The notes beneath the pieces were generated by a model that was not told the origin of the DNA, ran no database searches, and saw nothing but the letters and a program-made list of their open reading frames with translations. From a virus (lineage: Duplodnaviria; Caudoviricetes), in the IMG/VR virus record IMGVR_UViG_3300036647_000024, positions 4,985 through 68,984 of that record: a stretch of DNA of 64,000 nt. One strand, written 5' to 3'. Positions 17,162-25,548 of the stretch are shown piece after piece (within the stretch, counting starts at the first letter, position 1; every line of letters starts with the position of its first letter). Position numbers and translations under genes: made by a program.

Positions 17162-17377
17162 TTAATCTTTGACTTTTTCTAGATGAGAGCATGTGACTTC
17201 TTTCTTATCGTCGTCATATCTAACACAAAATTCACATGAGGTACACCAAGCGGAACCAACCTTGGCAAATCCTGCTTCTCTCCCAATATCGTACCACCCC
17301 TGTCCATACGGACAGTCGGTTAATAGCTTCCCATTTTCTTCTTCCTCGTATTTGAGCACCTTTACTTTCCACTTCAT
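17162..17377 (-). CDS. CPY-family Cys4 miniprotein
   Basis: TDCPY..VGSAWCTSCEF..VTC. Confidence 0.65.
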   Translation of the reverse strand: MKWKVKVLKYEEEENGKLLTDCPYGQGWYDIGREAGFAKVGSAWCTSCEFCVRYDDDKKEVTCSHLEKVKD

Positions 17378-17460
17378 CTTAGTCCTCCGCCTTTTCCGGG
17401 TTAGAGCACGTCACCTCTCTTTGATCGTAGTTATAAGTCTTCGTATTTGAAAACCAGTTT

Positions 17461-17730
17461 TTAATCCATGTGTTCATCAGCATCCTCAATATCTTTATGA
17501 GTTATTGATTCGTCGCTAAGTCTAGTGTTACCATAGGTAAAGTTAAGTCGCTGCCAATTTTTCTCATAGTCACTCATGCCCTTTTTTGATTTCTCGGATA
17601 ATATAGCCTCTAGTCTCTTGCTTTGCTTTCTTTGTCTGTATAGGACACTAGAGTACCAGCCAGTCATAAAACAAGAGAAATAGAAGAAAGCAATAGCTAC
17701 TACTTTTATTACAATCCAGAAGTCAATCAT
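17461..17730 (-). CDS. membrane protein
   Basis: N-terminal TM helix. Confidence 0.6.
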   Translation of the reverse strand: MIDFWIVIKVVAIAFFYFSCFMTGWYSSVLYRQRKQSKRLEAILSEKSKKGMSDYEKNWQRLNFTYGNTRLSDESITHKDIEDADEHMD

Positions 17731-17745
17731 CTTTTACCTCTAATT

Positions 17746-18090
17746 CTATTCATTTGGTAGATTTTTCCACCACAACACACCAGCCGTTGGAACAGAAGCA
17801 TATCTCCAGTAGGTGCTTTCATCCTCTGTCGGTACTGCAGGCACTTTCCATCCGATTGAATCTGTGTAATGATGAATGTTATCACTTTTAAATCTGCCAT
17901 CTAGGGTCATGGTAGATATATCTATACCCTGATTCTTCGCGGCACATATTGCGCACATGAGAGTTTGAGCTGATAGAACGGTGTTGTAGTCTCTCCACAA
18001 TTTTATTCCGGTTGAACTACATACTGAACACTTATAGAAATCTGGCACCTCGGCGTTTAAATATTTCATCGGCTCATTTCCCTTGCTCAA
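17746..18090 (-). CDS. hypothetical protein
   Basis: CSVC..CAIC; 114 aa. Confidence 0.65.
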   Translation of the reverse strand: MSKGNEPMKYLNAEVPDFYKCSVCSSTGIKLWRDYNTVLSAQTLMCAICAAKNQGIDISTMTLDGRFKSDNIHHYTDSIGWKVPAVPTEDESTYWRYASVPTAGVLWWKNLPNE

Positions 18091-18344
18091 TCTGCAATCA
18101 TCATGGCAGAATTAGCAACATCTGAAGCCTCGTCGATAACTCTAGTAATTAAAGCTCCTGATGGCTTATTGCCAATAAAATCCTCAGTACGGAGTTTAAC
18201 AGTAAATGTAATCAGTTTCTCACTTTCTTCTTCTAGCCTATCCATCAGATAGGAAAAACTCTTCCATTCCCCCTTATAGTCATTTTTTTGAAGTTTAGCT
18301 CCCATACGCTCGGCAAACCAAGCAACTTGTTCTTGTGGTTTCAT
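18087..18344 (-). CDS. MazG-like / dNTP pyrophosphohydrolase-fold protein
   Basis: KL.KNDYKG.W...RLEEE...IDEASDVANSAMMIAD. Confidence 0.6.
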   Translation of the reverse strand: MKPQEQVAWFAERMGAKLQKNDYKGEWKSFSYLMDRLEEESEKLITFTVKLRTEDFIGNKPSGALITRVIDEASDVANSAMMIAD

Positions 18345-18353
18345 TACTTACTC

Positions 18354-18545
18354 CTAGTCAGTTTTGCGATTTGTGAAAAAACAAAAGTGAGTACTATATG
18401 TGTTATCAATTTTACAGTTATCTAACAAACAAGCTATCAGTTCACACTTGTGTAACCGAATATTTATAAGAGTGTATTTATATAATTTATATTCGGCTAG
18501 ATTACATTGTTTTATTAGTTTATCTGTTGTTAATTTTATACACAT
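18354..18545 (-). CDS. hypothetical protein
   Basis: 63-aa ORF. Confidence 0.35.
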   Translation of the reverse strand: MCIKLTTDKLIKQCNLAEYKLYKYTLINIRLHKCELIACLLDNCKIDNTYSTHFCFFTNRKTD

Positions 18546-18976
18546 TTATAGTTTCCTTTTGTGTAATTATTTAACATAGATACATATTCATTTAAAGAGG
18601 TATTTTTAGATACTTTACTTGGGGCTCTGTGATGAACTGATTTTTCATAATCAGTTTTTGCCGGGCGGGTAAGAATTCTTAATTCTCTTGTGGCCTTATT
18701 TACAATACATCCAATTCTATTAGCATTGAACATATGTGAATTACCATTCTTATCTTTCTCAGTATATCCAGTTACATGAAGTAGAGAAACCTTCCAGTCT
18801 TTTGAATTCCACTGGTCTGGCATAGATTTATCTCCATTGACGGAACCATCTGTTCTAGCAAATGATGTCCATTGATAAGATACATCTTTATTACTACCAG
18901 ACAAGTATTGTCCAGAAATATATGATCTCTTTCCAACTAGCTTGTCATTGTGTTCAAGTTTTAATTCGCCGCACAT
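18536..18976 (-). CDS. SRAP/YedK-like protein (minimal)
   Basis: N-terminal MCG; GYTE and ILTRPA..VHHRAP align with the SRAP GFYE and IHDRMP motifs. Confidence 0.6.
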   Translation of the reverse strand: MCGELKLEHNDKLVGKRSYISGQYLSGSNKDVSYQWTSFARTDGSVNGDKSMPDQWNSKDWKVSLLHVTGYTEKDKNGNSHMFNANRIGCIVNKATRELRILTRPAKTDYEKSVHHRAPSKVSKNTSLNEYVSMLNNYTKGNYKCV

Positions 18977-18988
18977 ATAGATATTCTC

Positions 18989-19315
18989 CTATAACCATGC
19001 ATCCATCTCTTCCTTAGTCCATTGGAACATTAAAGTTCCATCTTCTTTCTGGAGACAGAAGAATGCTACTGGTCCACTAGACCATGGTTCTGCCTGTACT
19101 ATTTCTTTAACTTTGGAGCCATCAAGAAGAGTATATTCTTTTAGCTTCGGGCCATCACCATAGAACAAGTCTACCTCTTTGTATATTCTTGACGATAGTT
19201 TTTCTCCAATACCTTTCCCATAATGAGGACAGTAGTCTTTTACAGTCTTCTTTGTGTTCTTGCTAATGAACTCTTCTGCAGCGACAGTCAGTCCTACTTC
19301 TTGATATTCTCTCAT
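18989..19315 (-). CDS. hypothetical protein
   Basis: 108 aa; VQAEPWSSGP..F.CL. Confidence 0.65.
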   Translation of the reverse strand: MREYQEVGLTVAAEEFISKNTKKTVKDYCPHYGKGIGEKLSSRIYKEVDLFYGDGPKLKEYTLLDGSKVKEIVQAEPWSSGPVAFFCLQKEDGTLMFQWTKEEMDAWL

Positions 19316-19772
19316 TTTTGTTTTCCTTTTATTTTAGCCAGTAAGATCTAATTTAACTCATATGTGTCATATCCCCATATCACATGGGGTCCATCATGAT
19401 CCTCTTCTTCTTCACACTGTCTCTCAAACTCATCTTTCCATGGGCATCTCATAGATCTAAGTTCCATCTTTCAATTCTCTCCCCGTATCCCTAATGTCAA
19501 AAAATTCCCAACATCTTTTTCTATCCGCCGATGGATTTATTACACCATAAAACTTGCACTTGTGTTTAATTACCGTTTCCCCTTTCCATACCCGAAGCTC
19601 TTGCACATATACGCATCTGTCACATGGTGAGGGGAGTCTTTCCTTTCTCATCCTGATCTCTCCTTATTAAAAAGTTGAATCTTTAATGAACTCTTCTGCA
19701 GCGACAGTCAGTCCTACTTCTTGATATTCTCTCATTTTTGTTCTTCTTTTGTTTTAGCCAGTAAGATCTAAT
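19264..19772. repeat. 89-bp direct repeat (19264-19352 and 19684-19772)
   Basis: 86/89 identical by eye; duplicates the leader and first codons of ORF 18989-19315. Confidence 0.9.
19457..19651 (-). CDS. Cys-rich miniprotein
   Basis: CDRC..C..C. Confidence 0.5.
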   Translation of the reverse strand: MRKERLPSPCDRCVYVQELRVWKGETVIKHKCKFYGVINPSADRKRCWEFFDIRDTGRELKDGT

Positions 19773-20157
19773 ACTTGAGCATTTCATCATACTCTGGAAT
19801 CCATTTACTAGGAATCTTTCTGAGTTTTAAGAAAACAGTAGGTTGTCCATTTTTTCTTCCCCAAAAACAAAAATGTCTTTTATAGCGAGGTCGAGGATTT
19901 TCATCCCATCGATCTTCTCTCTGGTTTGGTGGAGTAATGTTAATATTACAGTTACGGAACCACCAACTACCTCGGTGTTCTTTTCCCTTCCAGTAATCAT
20001 ATCTTAAAAGATATGGGCCTTGAATATTGTTTTCAATCCATGTATTAATTGGAGTAGACCAGCCAACTAAAAGGTAACTTTCTTTCTTTGTATATAGAAA
20101 TATAGTAGTCCACGGATCATGTTTTTTACGGCCTTCTGCAAATTCTTTTTTGATCAT
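19768..20157 (-). CDS. hypothetical protein
   Basis: 129-aa ORF. Confidence 0.65.
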   Translation of the reverse strand: MIKKEFAEGRKKHDPWTTIFLYTKKESYLLVGWSTPINTWIENNIQGPYLLRYDYWKGKEHRGSWWFRNCNINITPPNQREDRWDENPRPRYKRHFCFWGRKNGQPTVFLKLRKIPSKWIPEYDEMLKY

Positions 20158-20322
20158 TGGAGTCCCCTTAGGATAGAGTGATGTAAAACACTGGTATAAA
20201 GAATATCAAATGAACACAGATATTTTACATCTATTAAAACTAATATTATTTGTCGGGATAAAGCTTTTTTAAAAGACCACGAACAATATTAGTTTTTTTA
20301 TAGAGATCTTCTTTCTTGTATT

Positions 20323-20673
20323 TGGTGGAGCTGGAGAGACTCGAACTCTCGTCCTTAAATACTCATTCTATTGATCGTTACATGTTTAGTTGTTTCAAGC
20401 TACTCTAGTTAATCCAACAACAAGATATTATAGAGTTTTTTCTCTATTTTGTTTCGCTGAAAAATATAGAGAATCTTAATCAGCTATTCTGTTAAAATGA
20501 TGCTTCTTTTACTTACACAGACAATCAGTAAAGAAACAGATCAGGCAGCAGCCTGAACGGGTACGTAACTGTCTTCGGCAGTTATCTTTGAGTACTCGTT
20601 TTAACTCGCAGAATACTCAATGCGAGACATGCACAATAAACTTCTTGTACCTAAGTCGAAACCATTCAGCCCC
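20323..20673 (-). ncRNA. ssrA: tmRNA; tag (A)AEDSYVPVQAAA at 20541-20579
   Basis: 5' GGGGCTGAATGGTTTCGAC, 3' GGACGAGAGTTCGAGTCTCTCCAGCTCCACCA with G3-U70; ATAACT precedes the resume codon GCC. Confidence 0.95.
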
Positions 20674-20718
20674 ATATTTTTTAATTATATTACTTTTTAC
20701 TAGTTTTTAGAACTTTAG

Positions 20719-20916
20719 TTGACCAGGCAGGATTCGAACCTGCATTACTGACATCCTCTCTCCACTGTTAGTATACGTTGCCTTGCGATTGAGTGTGAGC
20801 ACCACTCACGTGCGCAATCTGTTCCACCGAAACGAAATTCCAGGCGGCACTCATACTATATGGATAATGTCATTTGTCATTATGACTTTCAGCGTCTACC
20901 ATTCCGCCACTGGTCA
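20719..20916 (-). ncRNA. 198-nt tRNA-like RNA with a branched insert in place of the anticodon arm
   Basis: Acceptor TGACCAG/CTGGTCA-A, Leu-type D arm, perfect T arm GCAGG-TTCGAAT-CCTGC and nested internal helices. Confidence 0.8.
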
Positions 20917-21171
20917 ATAGAGCAGAAGCCTGCTAGTCTCACCACTAATTTCGCATACAGGTGACTTATGCTACGAGCTTTCTTCCTCTGAATAGGCTTA
21001 GGCAGTCATTCTTGCAATTATAGTGCTCGTTCTATCTTTGCTAAGCATTACTGTCATACCTAATCTTTGGTTAACAGCATTCTTTTGATTCCCGCTGCAA
21101 GGAACTTTAGGGACAACACAGTTTGTGTATATCCTCCACCACTTGCTTTTTATAGAAGCAAGAAACTACTT

Positions 21172-21372
21172 TTATCCATCTCCATATCCGGTTCCGGTTC
21201 CATATCCATCTCCAATTCCAGATCCACCTCCACTTCCAAATCCACCTCCAAATCCAGATCCATCTCCAAATCCAGATCCATCTCCAGCTCCAAATCCATC
21301 TCCATATCCAGATCCGTATCCGCCTCCAGATCCAAATCCAGATCCATATTCAACAATGCTTGGATGATTCAT
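21172..21372 (-). CDS. Gly-rich repeat protein (GxGYG)
   Basis: GSGFGSGGGYGSGYGDG repeats; start overlaps the upstream stop. Confidence 0.65.
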   Translation of the reverse strand: MNHPSIVEYGSGFGSGGGYGSGYGDGFGAGDGSGFGDGSGFGGGFGSGGGSGIGDGYGTGTGYGDG

Positions 21373-21752
21373 TTATTTCCTCCAAAGTTCCAGTTCTGAA
21401 CTGCTTCAATTGATTCTTTGGCCTTTGAAGTACAAAGAATATTTTCACATGTTTCTGTAAGAATAATTTCTTGCACTGGTTCTCCAAATTTACATTCTTG
21501 GGCGGAATATGGACCTTGGTTTGCAATACCAGAAAGAGTATTATCTGGACTGTTCCATCTCCATAGTCTTCTGGAGTTAACTAGAATTGTAGTTCTTCCT
21601 TCGATACTTTTTGCATATCCTGCATGTACTCCAGCATCATGACATCTAACAATATAATATTTAAGACCATCAGTGTTTATTGCTGGAGACATATTTTGAA
21701 TGTCGTCTCTGCGAACATATTCAATATCATCTAGCTTGATAGTTCTTAGCAT
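21369..21752 (-). CDS. DUF6948-like phage protein
   Basis: YIVRCHDAGVHAG...L.NSRRLWRW..TLSGIA..G pattern. Confidence 0.7.
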   Translation of the reverse strand: MLRTIKLDDIEYVRRDDIQNMSPAINTDGLKYYIVRCHDAGVHAGYAKSIEGRTTILVNSRRLWRWNSPDNTLSGIANQGPYSAQECKFGEPVQEIILTETCENILCTSKAKESIEAVQNWNFGGNK

Positions 21753-21855
21753 TATCTTTTGCCTTTCTTTCTTAATGTTTTGCTATTAGTTCAATTGCTA
21801 CTTGTATAAATTTAATACAGATAGCAATTGTAACTGCTAGTATTACTCCTGACAT

Positions 21856-22143
21856 TTAATCAGTATATCTTGGAGCTTCTTCTGTCGGAATGAATCTGTG
21901 ATACATTTGACATCCAAGCCCTTTAGTCTTGGCCTCCAAAGTAATAAACCAGTTTGCAGATCTCTTTTGATGAGAAGCAGTGACTTCAAGTCCATTTACC
22001 TTGAAGGGATATCCTGATTTTCTCTCATTGTGTGTGCGATTAAGATCATAACAAAGCTTTTCCCAGTCGCTCTGTTTGATCCACTGATAAAGTTGGATAT
22101 TACGCTCGATTGTTTTTCCATCATCTGATTCGATCTTCATCAT
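21856..22143 (-). CDS. hypothetical protein
   Basis: 95-aa ORF. Confidence 0.6.
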   Translation of the reverse strand: MMKIESDDGKTIERNIQLYQWIKQSDWEKLCYDLNRTHNERKSGYPFKVNGLEVTASHQKRSANWFITLEAKTKGLGCQMYHRFIPTEEAPRYTD

Positions 22144-22160
22144 TTTCTTTTCCTTTATTT

Positions 22161-22298
22161 TTAGTTGTCTTTAAAATCCATATATCCGACGATAGCTGCT
22201 ATGGGAACTATAGGAACAGGTATTACAACTAATAGAGTAATAATTACAATTGCTACCATTAACTCAATAGCTGTATATCCATGTTCTTTGTTCTTCAT
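22161..22298 (-). CDS. prepilin-like miniprotein (internally deleted paralog)
   Basis: MKNKEHG|YTAIELMVAIVII class III signal-like motif; 45 aa. Confidence 0.55.
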   Translation of the reverse strand: MKNKEHGYTAIELMVAIVIITLLVVIPVPIVPIAAIVGYMDFKDN

Positions 22299-22309
22299 TT
22301 TTTTGTTCC

Positions 22310-22543
22310 TTATTCTATTTCTCCATATATTTCGTCTGCGTTGCAAACAATAAATCCGTCTTCTCTGTTTGTTTTTCGTTTAATGTAGTATTTACAAATA
22401 CAACAGTTTATAGAATATACTTTTACATCCTTGTTACCATAAACTTTTTTAGAGTATGGACAGGATGTTAAGCATTTGTATTCTCCTTCTATTTTAAATT
22501 TGATTCTTTTCATCGAATTTCTCGTCAGCAGAACAGACAACAT
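22310..22543 (-). CDS. CPY-family Cys4 miniprotein
   Basis: TSCPY..CCICKYY..IVCNADE. Confidence 0.65.
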   Translation of the reverse strand: MLSVLLTRNSMKRIKFKIEGEYKCLTSCPYSKKVYGNKDVKVYSINCCICKYYIKRKTNREDGFIVCNADEIYGEIE

Positions 22544-22712
22544 ACTTGGTTATATGCTCTGGATTTTTTATCTTTTGCACGAAGTAGTTACATTTATTAC
22601 AAGTATTAGAAGTTAAGTATACTATACTAGAATACATATCTCCATGTTCCTCTGAACTATAAGGACAATGGTTGTAATTTCCATCTTTGTCTTTAATTGG
22701 TAATCTTCTCAT
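22494..22712 (-). CDS. CPY-family Cys4 miniprotein
   Basis: HCPY..CNKCNYF..VVCSADE. Confidence 0.7.
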   Translation of the reverse strand: MRRLPIKDKDGNYNHCPYSSEEHGDMYSSIVYLTSNTCNKCNYFVQKIKNPEHITKYVVCSADEKFDEKNQI

Positions 22713-22917
22713 CTAGTTCCTCGTCTGCTTTACAAACAACAAATTGTTTATTAGAGTCTCTGTTTCGATATTTTGTGACGAAATATTTGCATCTTTCGCA
22801 ATAGCATGAGGTACCTACTAAAAAAGTTCTACCATTCTCTGTTGTTATGTTATATGGACAAGGAGTGACACAAGTATAACCTCCCGGCATGGTATATCCA
22901 TAATGAATCCTTCTCAT
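22693..22917 (-). CDS. CPY-family Cys4 miniprotein
   Basis: TPCPY..CERCKYF..VVCKADE. Confidence 0.7.
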   Translation of the reverse strand: MRRIHYGYTMPGGYTCVTPCPYNITTENGRTFLVGTSCYCERCKYFVTKYRNRDSNKQFVVCKADEELDEKITN

Positions 22918-22919
22918 AT

Positions 22920-23120
22920 TTAATGTCCTTTAATCTTATTTATTAGATTTTGGATACAGGATGCAGAGATGATATAAGCTGCTCTCTTACCAGCTTCTCT
23001 GAAACAGTTGTCTCCTGTTACGATATTACAGTCCTTTGCTGCTTTTTCAGCATTGTCTCTTAGTTGATCTCTTAGTTCTGCAAGACTGTTTAGAATTTCG
23101 TTTACTTGTTTGTTTGGCAT
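22920..23120 (-). CDS. small helical protein (EQL family)
   Basis: Similar to 24814, 26931 and 28728. Confidence 0.55.
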   Translation of the reverse strand: MPNKQVNEILNSLAELRDQLRDNAEKAAKDCNIVTGDNCFREAGKRAAYIISASCIQNLINKIKGH

Positions 23121-23147
23121 AATTTATCTTTTTAGTGTTTCTTCTTG

Positions 23148-23531
23148 TTATTTTATTGCCTCGAATTGTTTTTCCCATTTCGGACGATAATATGCATGAA
23201 CAATAAATACTCCTACAGAGATACCAACTGCAGTTAATACATTAAATACCATCATTGATATTCCAGTAACTGCAGTAGATAGTCCTAGCATTGCAGAGAA
23301 TACTAGGAATAATGATATTGATATATCAAATGGAGTTAGTAGTTTACATATAGCAAGTTTTGGTGAATAGGTAATAGTTATTTTTTTCGGCCGCCAGAGA
23401 AATTTGTCATTATGCCTTGTCAGCCACAATACTTTAGATCTTGTAGCTTTAAGTGGGACATATCTAACAATAGGATATACAATTGTAAATGTACCTCCTA
23501 ACGAGATAATTAGTAATGTCAGAAATGACAT
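23148..23531 (-). CDS. membrane protein
   Basis: About three hydrophobic helices. Confidence 0.65.
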   Translation of the reverse strand: MSFLTLLIISLGGTFTIVYPIVRYVPLKATRSKVLWLTRHNDKFLWRPKKITITYSPKLAICKLLTPFDISISLFLVFSAMLGLSTAVTGISMMVFNVLTAVGISVGVFIVHAYYRPKWEKQFEAIK

Positions 23532-23533
23532 TT

Positions 23534-24028
23534 TTATTTCTCCCTTTGTGGAAATCCATAAATAACTAGTCTCTTGCCAGTTATTCTAAGATAACTTTCA
23601 TTTGCTGTTAGATTACATTCTTTTGCAAATCGTTTTAGATGTTTAATCCAATTACTATAAGTGTAATTGTCCTTTAATTGACTAGCTGTTGGCTTTACAC
23701 AACAAGGAACAATTGCGTATGGGATTTTTCTTCTTCCTGCTTCAGCGATAATAATATCTGTTGCCTCATCAGGATGCATGCCAACAAGAAGAGAAAATTC
23801 TTCTTTGATGGCTGATGTAAAATATCTGTATTGATAATGAAATCTGTTCGGACGATTCTTTCTTCCTTTTCTTTTGTCAAATGTTGTTACATTGTATCCG
23901 TAACTCCTAAGATTAGTTTGAAGATATCCTTTTCCACCCGCAATATCTGCAACAACAGGATATTTTTCTACTGGAAAATTGCGCTTGATAAATTCTCCAA
24001 ATCTATCAAATCGTCTTGAATCACCCAT
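23534..24028 (-). CDS. SAM-dependent methyltransferase-fold protein
   Basis: VADIAGGKGYL motif I; LLVGMHPDEATD..AIVPCC. Confidence 0.7.
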   Translation of the reverse strand: MGDSRRFDRFGEFIKRNFPVEKYPVVADIAGGKGYLQTNLRSYGYNVTTFDKRKGRKNRPNRFHYQYRYFTSAIKEEFSLLVGMHPDEATDIIIAEAGRRKIPYAIVPCCVKPTASQLKDNYTYSNWIKHLKRFAKECNLTANESYLRITGKRLVIYGFPQREK

Positions 24029-24053
24029 TTTATCTTCTCTTGTTTGTTATTTA

Positions 24054-24575
24054 TTAATAAGCATTTACAAGGTGAAGTTTTGCTTTTGTTCTCTCAAATA
24101 CAGATGATAGGGTTATAGATCCAATCCATCCGAGAACTGGAGCAAGATAGAATAGTACACATATTCCAACACTTCCTCCTGGGTTTATAATACTTGAGAT
24201 GATGGTAAGTATTGCAATTGCAATACATGCTCCACCAGTAAATCCTTCTACAAATTCACTAGCTGTGTTAAGTTCTATTCCAAATGCTCGAAGTAGACTA
24301 AAAATTGCTAATACTGCAAATGGGCCTGCAATAAGCAGGAAATTAGCAAGACTGGTATAGAGGATTGTATTCAATATTGCACCGGTTGCTCCTAGAATGA
24401 ATGCTAGGATTCCTGTTACTTCGCGTGAAAATATACAAGCAAAGAATGCTGCAATATATTTCCCAATCTTCTCTTTAGTCCAATTGTAGAAGTCAATTGC
24501 TACTTCTTTTGCTTTTGATAGAATTTTCATTTCTTCTTCCTTATTTTGAATCTTTTTCTTCAGTAAAAGTTTCAT
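24054..24575 (-). CDS. multi-pass membrane protein
   Basis: Four or five hydrophobic segments; start uncertain. Confidence 0.65.
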   Translation of the reverse strand: MKLLLKKKIQNKEEEMKILSKAKEVAIDFYNWTKEKIGKYIAAFFACIFSREVTGILAFILGATGAILNTILYTSLANFLLIAGPFAVLAIFSLLRAFGIELNTASEFVEGFTGGACIAIAILTIISSIINPGGSVGICVLFYLAPVLGWIGSITLSSVFERTKAKLHLVNAY

Positions 24576-24762
24576 TGGCAGAACAAACTGTATACTTAGC
24601 TCTATCGTTTGTATCTTTCAACTCTTGCACAAAATATTTACACTCGTGGCAAACAGTTGAAGTTAAGTATACTGTACTAGAATATAAATATCCGTGTGCT
24701 CTTAGGCCATAAGGACAATAGTTGTAATTTCCTTTATTGTCTCGAACTGGTATTCTTCTCAT
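24541..24762 (-). CDS. CPY-family Cys4 miniprotein
   Basis: YCPY..CHECKYF..TVCSANE; close paralog of 22494-22712. Confidence 0.7.
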   Translation of the reverse strand: MRRIPVRDNKGNYNYCPYGLRAHGYLYSSTVYLTSTVCHECKYFVQELKDTNDRAKYTVCSANETFTEEKDSK

Positions 24763-24813
24763 TTAATGCTCCTAATTTTATTAATTAAATCTTATAAACA
24801 GATTAGGACTTTG

Positions 24814-24996
24814 TTAGTTTTCATTAATTATTAAGTTCTCAATATAGTTCAATACTATTTGTGCCATAAGCATTTCACCAAAATATTGCTGGCCTAAGAA
24901 TGGATTTTTTTCTCCATGATTCTTTATCATAGACTCAGCTTCATCTTGTTTTTCTTTTAGAAAATCGATTAGATTATCTAACTGTTCTTTGTTCAT
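24814..24996 (-). CDS. small helical protein (EQL family)
   Basis: MNKEQLDNLIDFL. Confidence 0.6.
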   Translation of the reverse strand: MNKEQLDNLIDFLKEKQDEAESMIKNHGEKNPFLGQQYFGEMLMAQIVLNYIENLIINEN

Positions 24997-25127
24997 CGTG
25001 GCTATATTACTCTCCTATTTATTGTTTACATCATAGATGTAACAAATGCTTGAGTACAATATCCTATAAACAATATGATCATTATGCAGAATAGTAACTT
25101 GCTCATTTTATACGTAGAAGACTTTCT

Positions 25128-25427
25128 TTATTCTTCGTCCTTAAGTTCTGCTTCTAGCTTTATTGCTAGTTCTCCAAGAGTTATTACTTTTTTTGTCTGC
25201 TCTATCGCCTCATAAAGTCCTATGAGTTCTTGTTTACAAGATTCAAGATACTCCTTGCAAGTTGGGACAATTAGAGGTCCAAGAACGCTACGATGAATAA
25301 TCTTGAGTCTGTTTTCTTCTTTTGTAAGAATTTGTTCACAGACTTTTTCTACTAATTCATTATTGAATTTGACCATTGTTTTTCTCTGGGAAGTTACACT
25401 CAACTTCTCTTTTATCAAAGTCATCAT
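25128..25427 (-). CDS. hypothetical protein
   Basis: 99-aa ORF; start uncertain. Confidence 0.5.
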   Translation of the reverse strand: MMTLIKEKLSVTSQRKTMVKFNNELVEKVCEQILTKEENRLKIIHRSVLGPLIVPTCKEYLESCKQELIGLYEAIEQTKKVITLGELAIKLEAELKDEE

Positions 25428-25548
25428 TTACAAATGCTTCACATTTGTGACATGCACCAGAATGTACCATATGTTTTTTGCCACATGGACATTTAGTTAA
25501 GCACTCATTAAAAGGCTTGTTGTCTTTTGTGTAATAAATGATTTTCAT
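25360..25548 (-). CDS. CPY-family Cys4 miniprotein
   Basis: TKCPC..VHSGACHKCEAF..VEC. Confidence 0.6.
   Translation of the reverse strand: MKIIYYTKDNKPFNECLTKCPCGKKHMVHSGACHKCEAFVNDDFDKREVECNFPEKNNGQIQ

Noticed and set aside
19264-19772. Possible DGR template/variable repeat pair
   Set aside because: The three differences are not adenine-specific, the repeat covers a gene start, and no reverse transcriptase is in the window.
20741-20890. Group I intron as the insert in the tRNA-like RNA
   Set aside because: About 150 nt with no recognisable P/Q/R/S elements, and removal does not give a canonical anticodon arm.
21067-21399. Ser-, Pro- and Asp/Leu-repeat ORFs in three other frames
   Set aside because: Alternative frames of the Gly-rich repeat gene 21172-21372.
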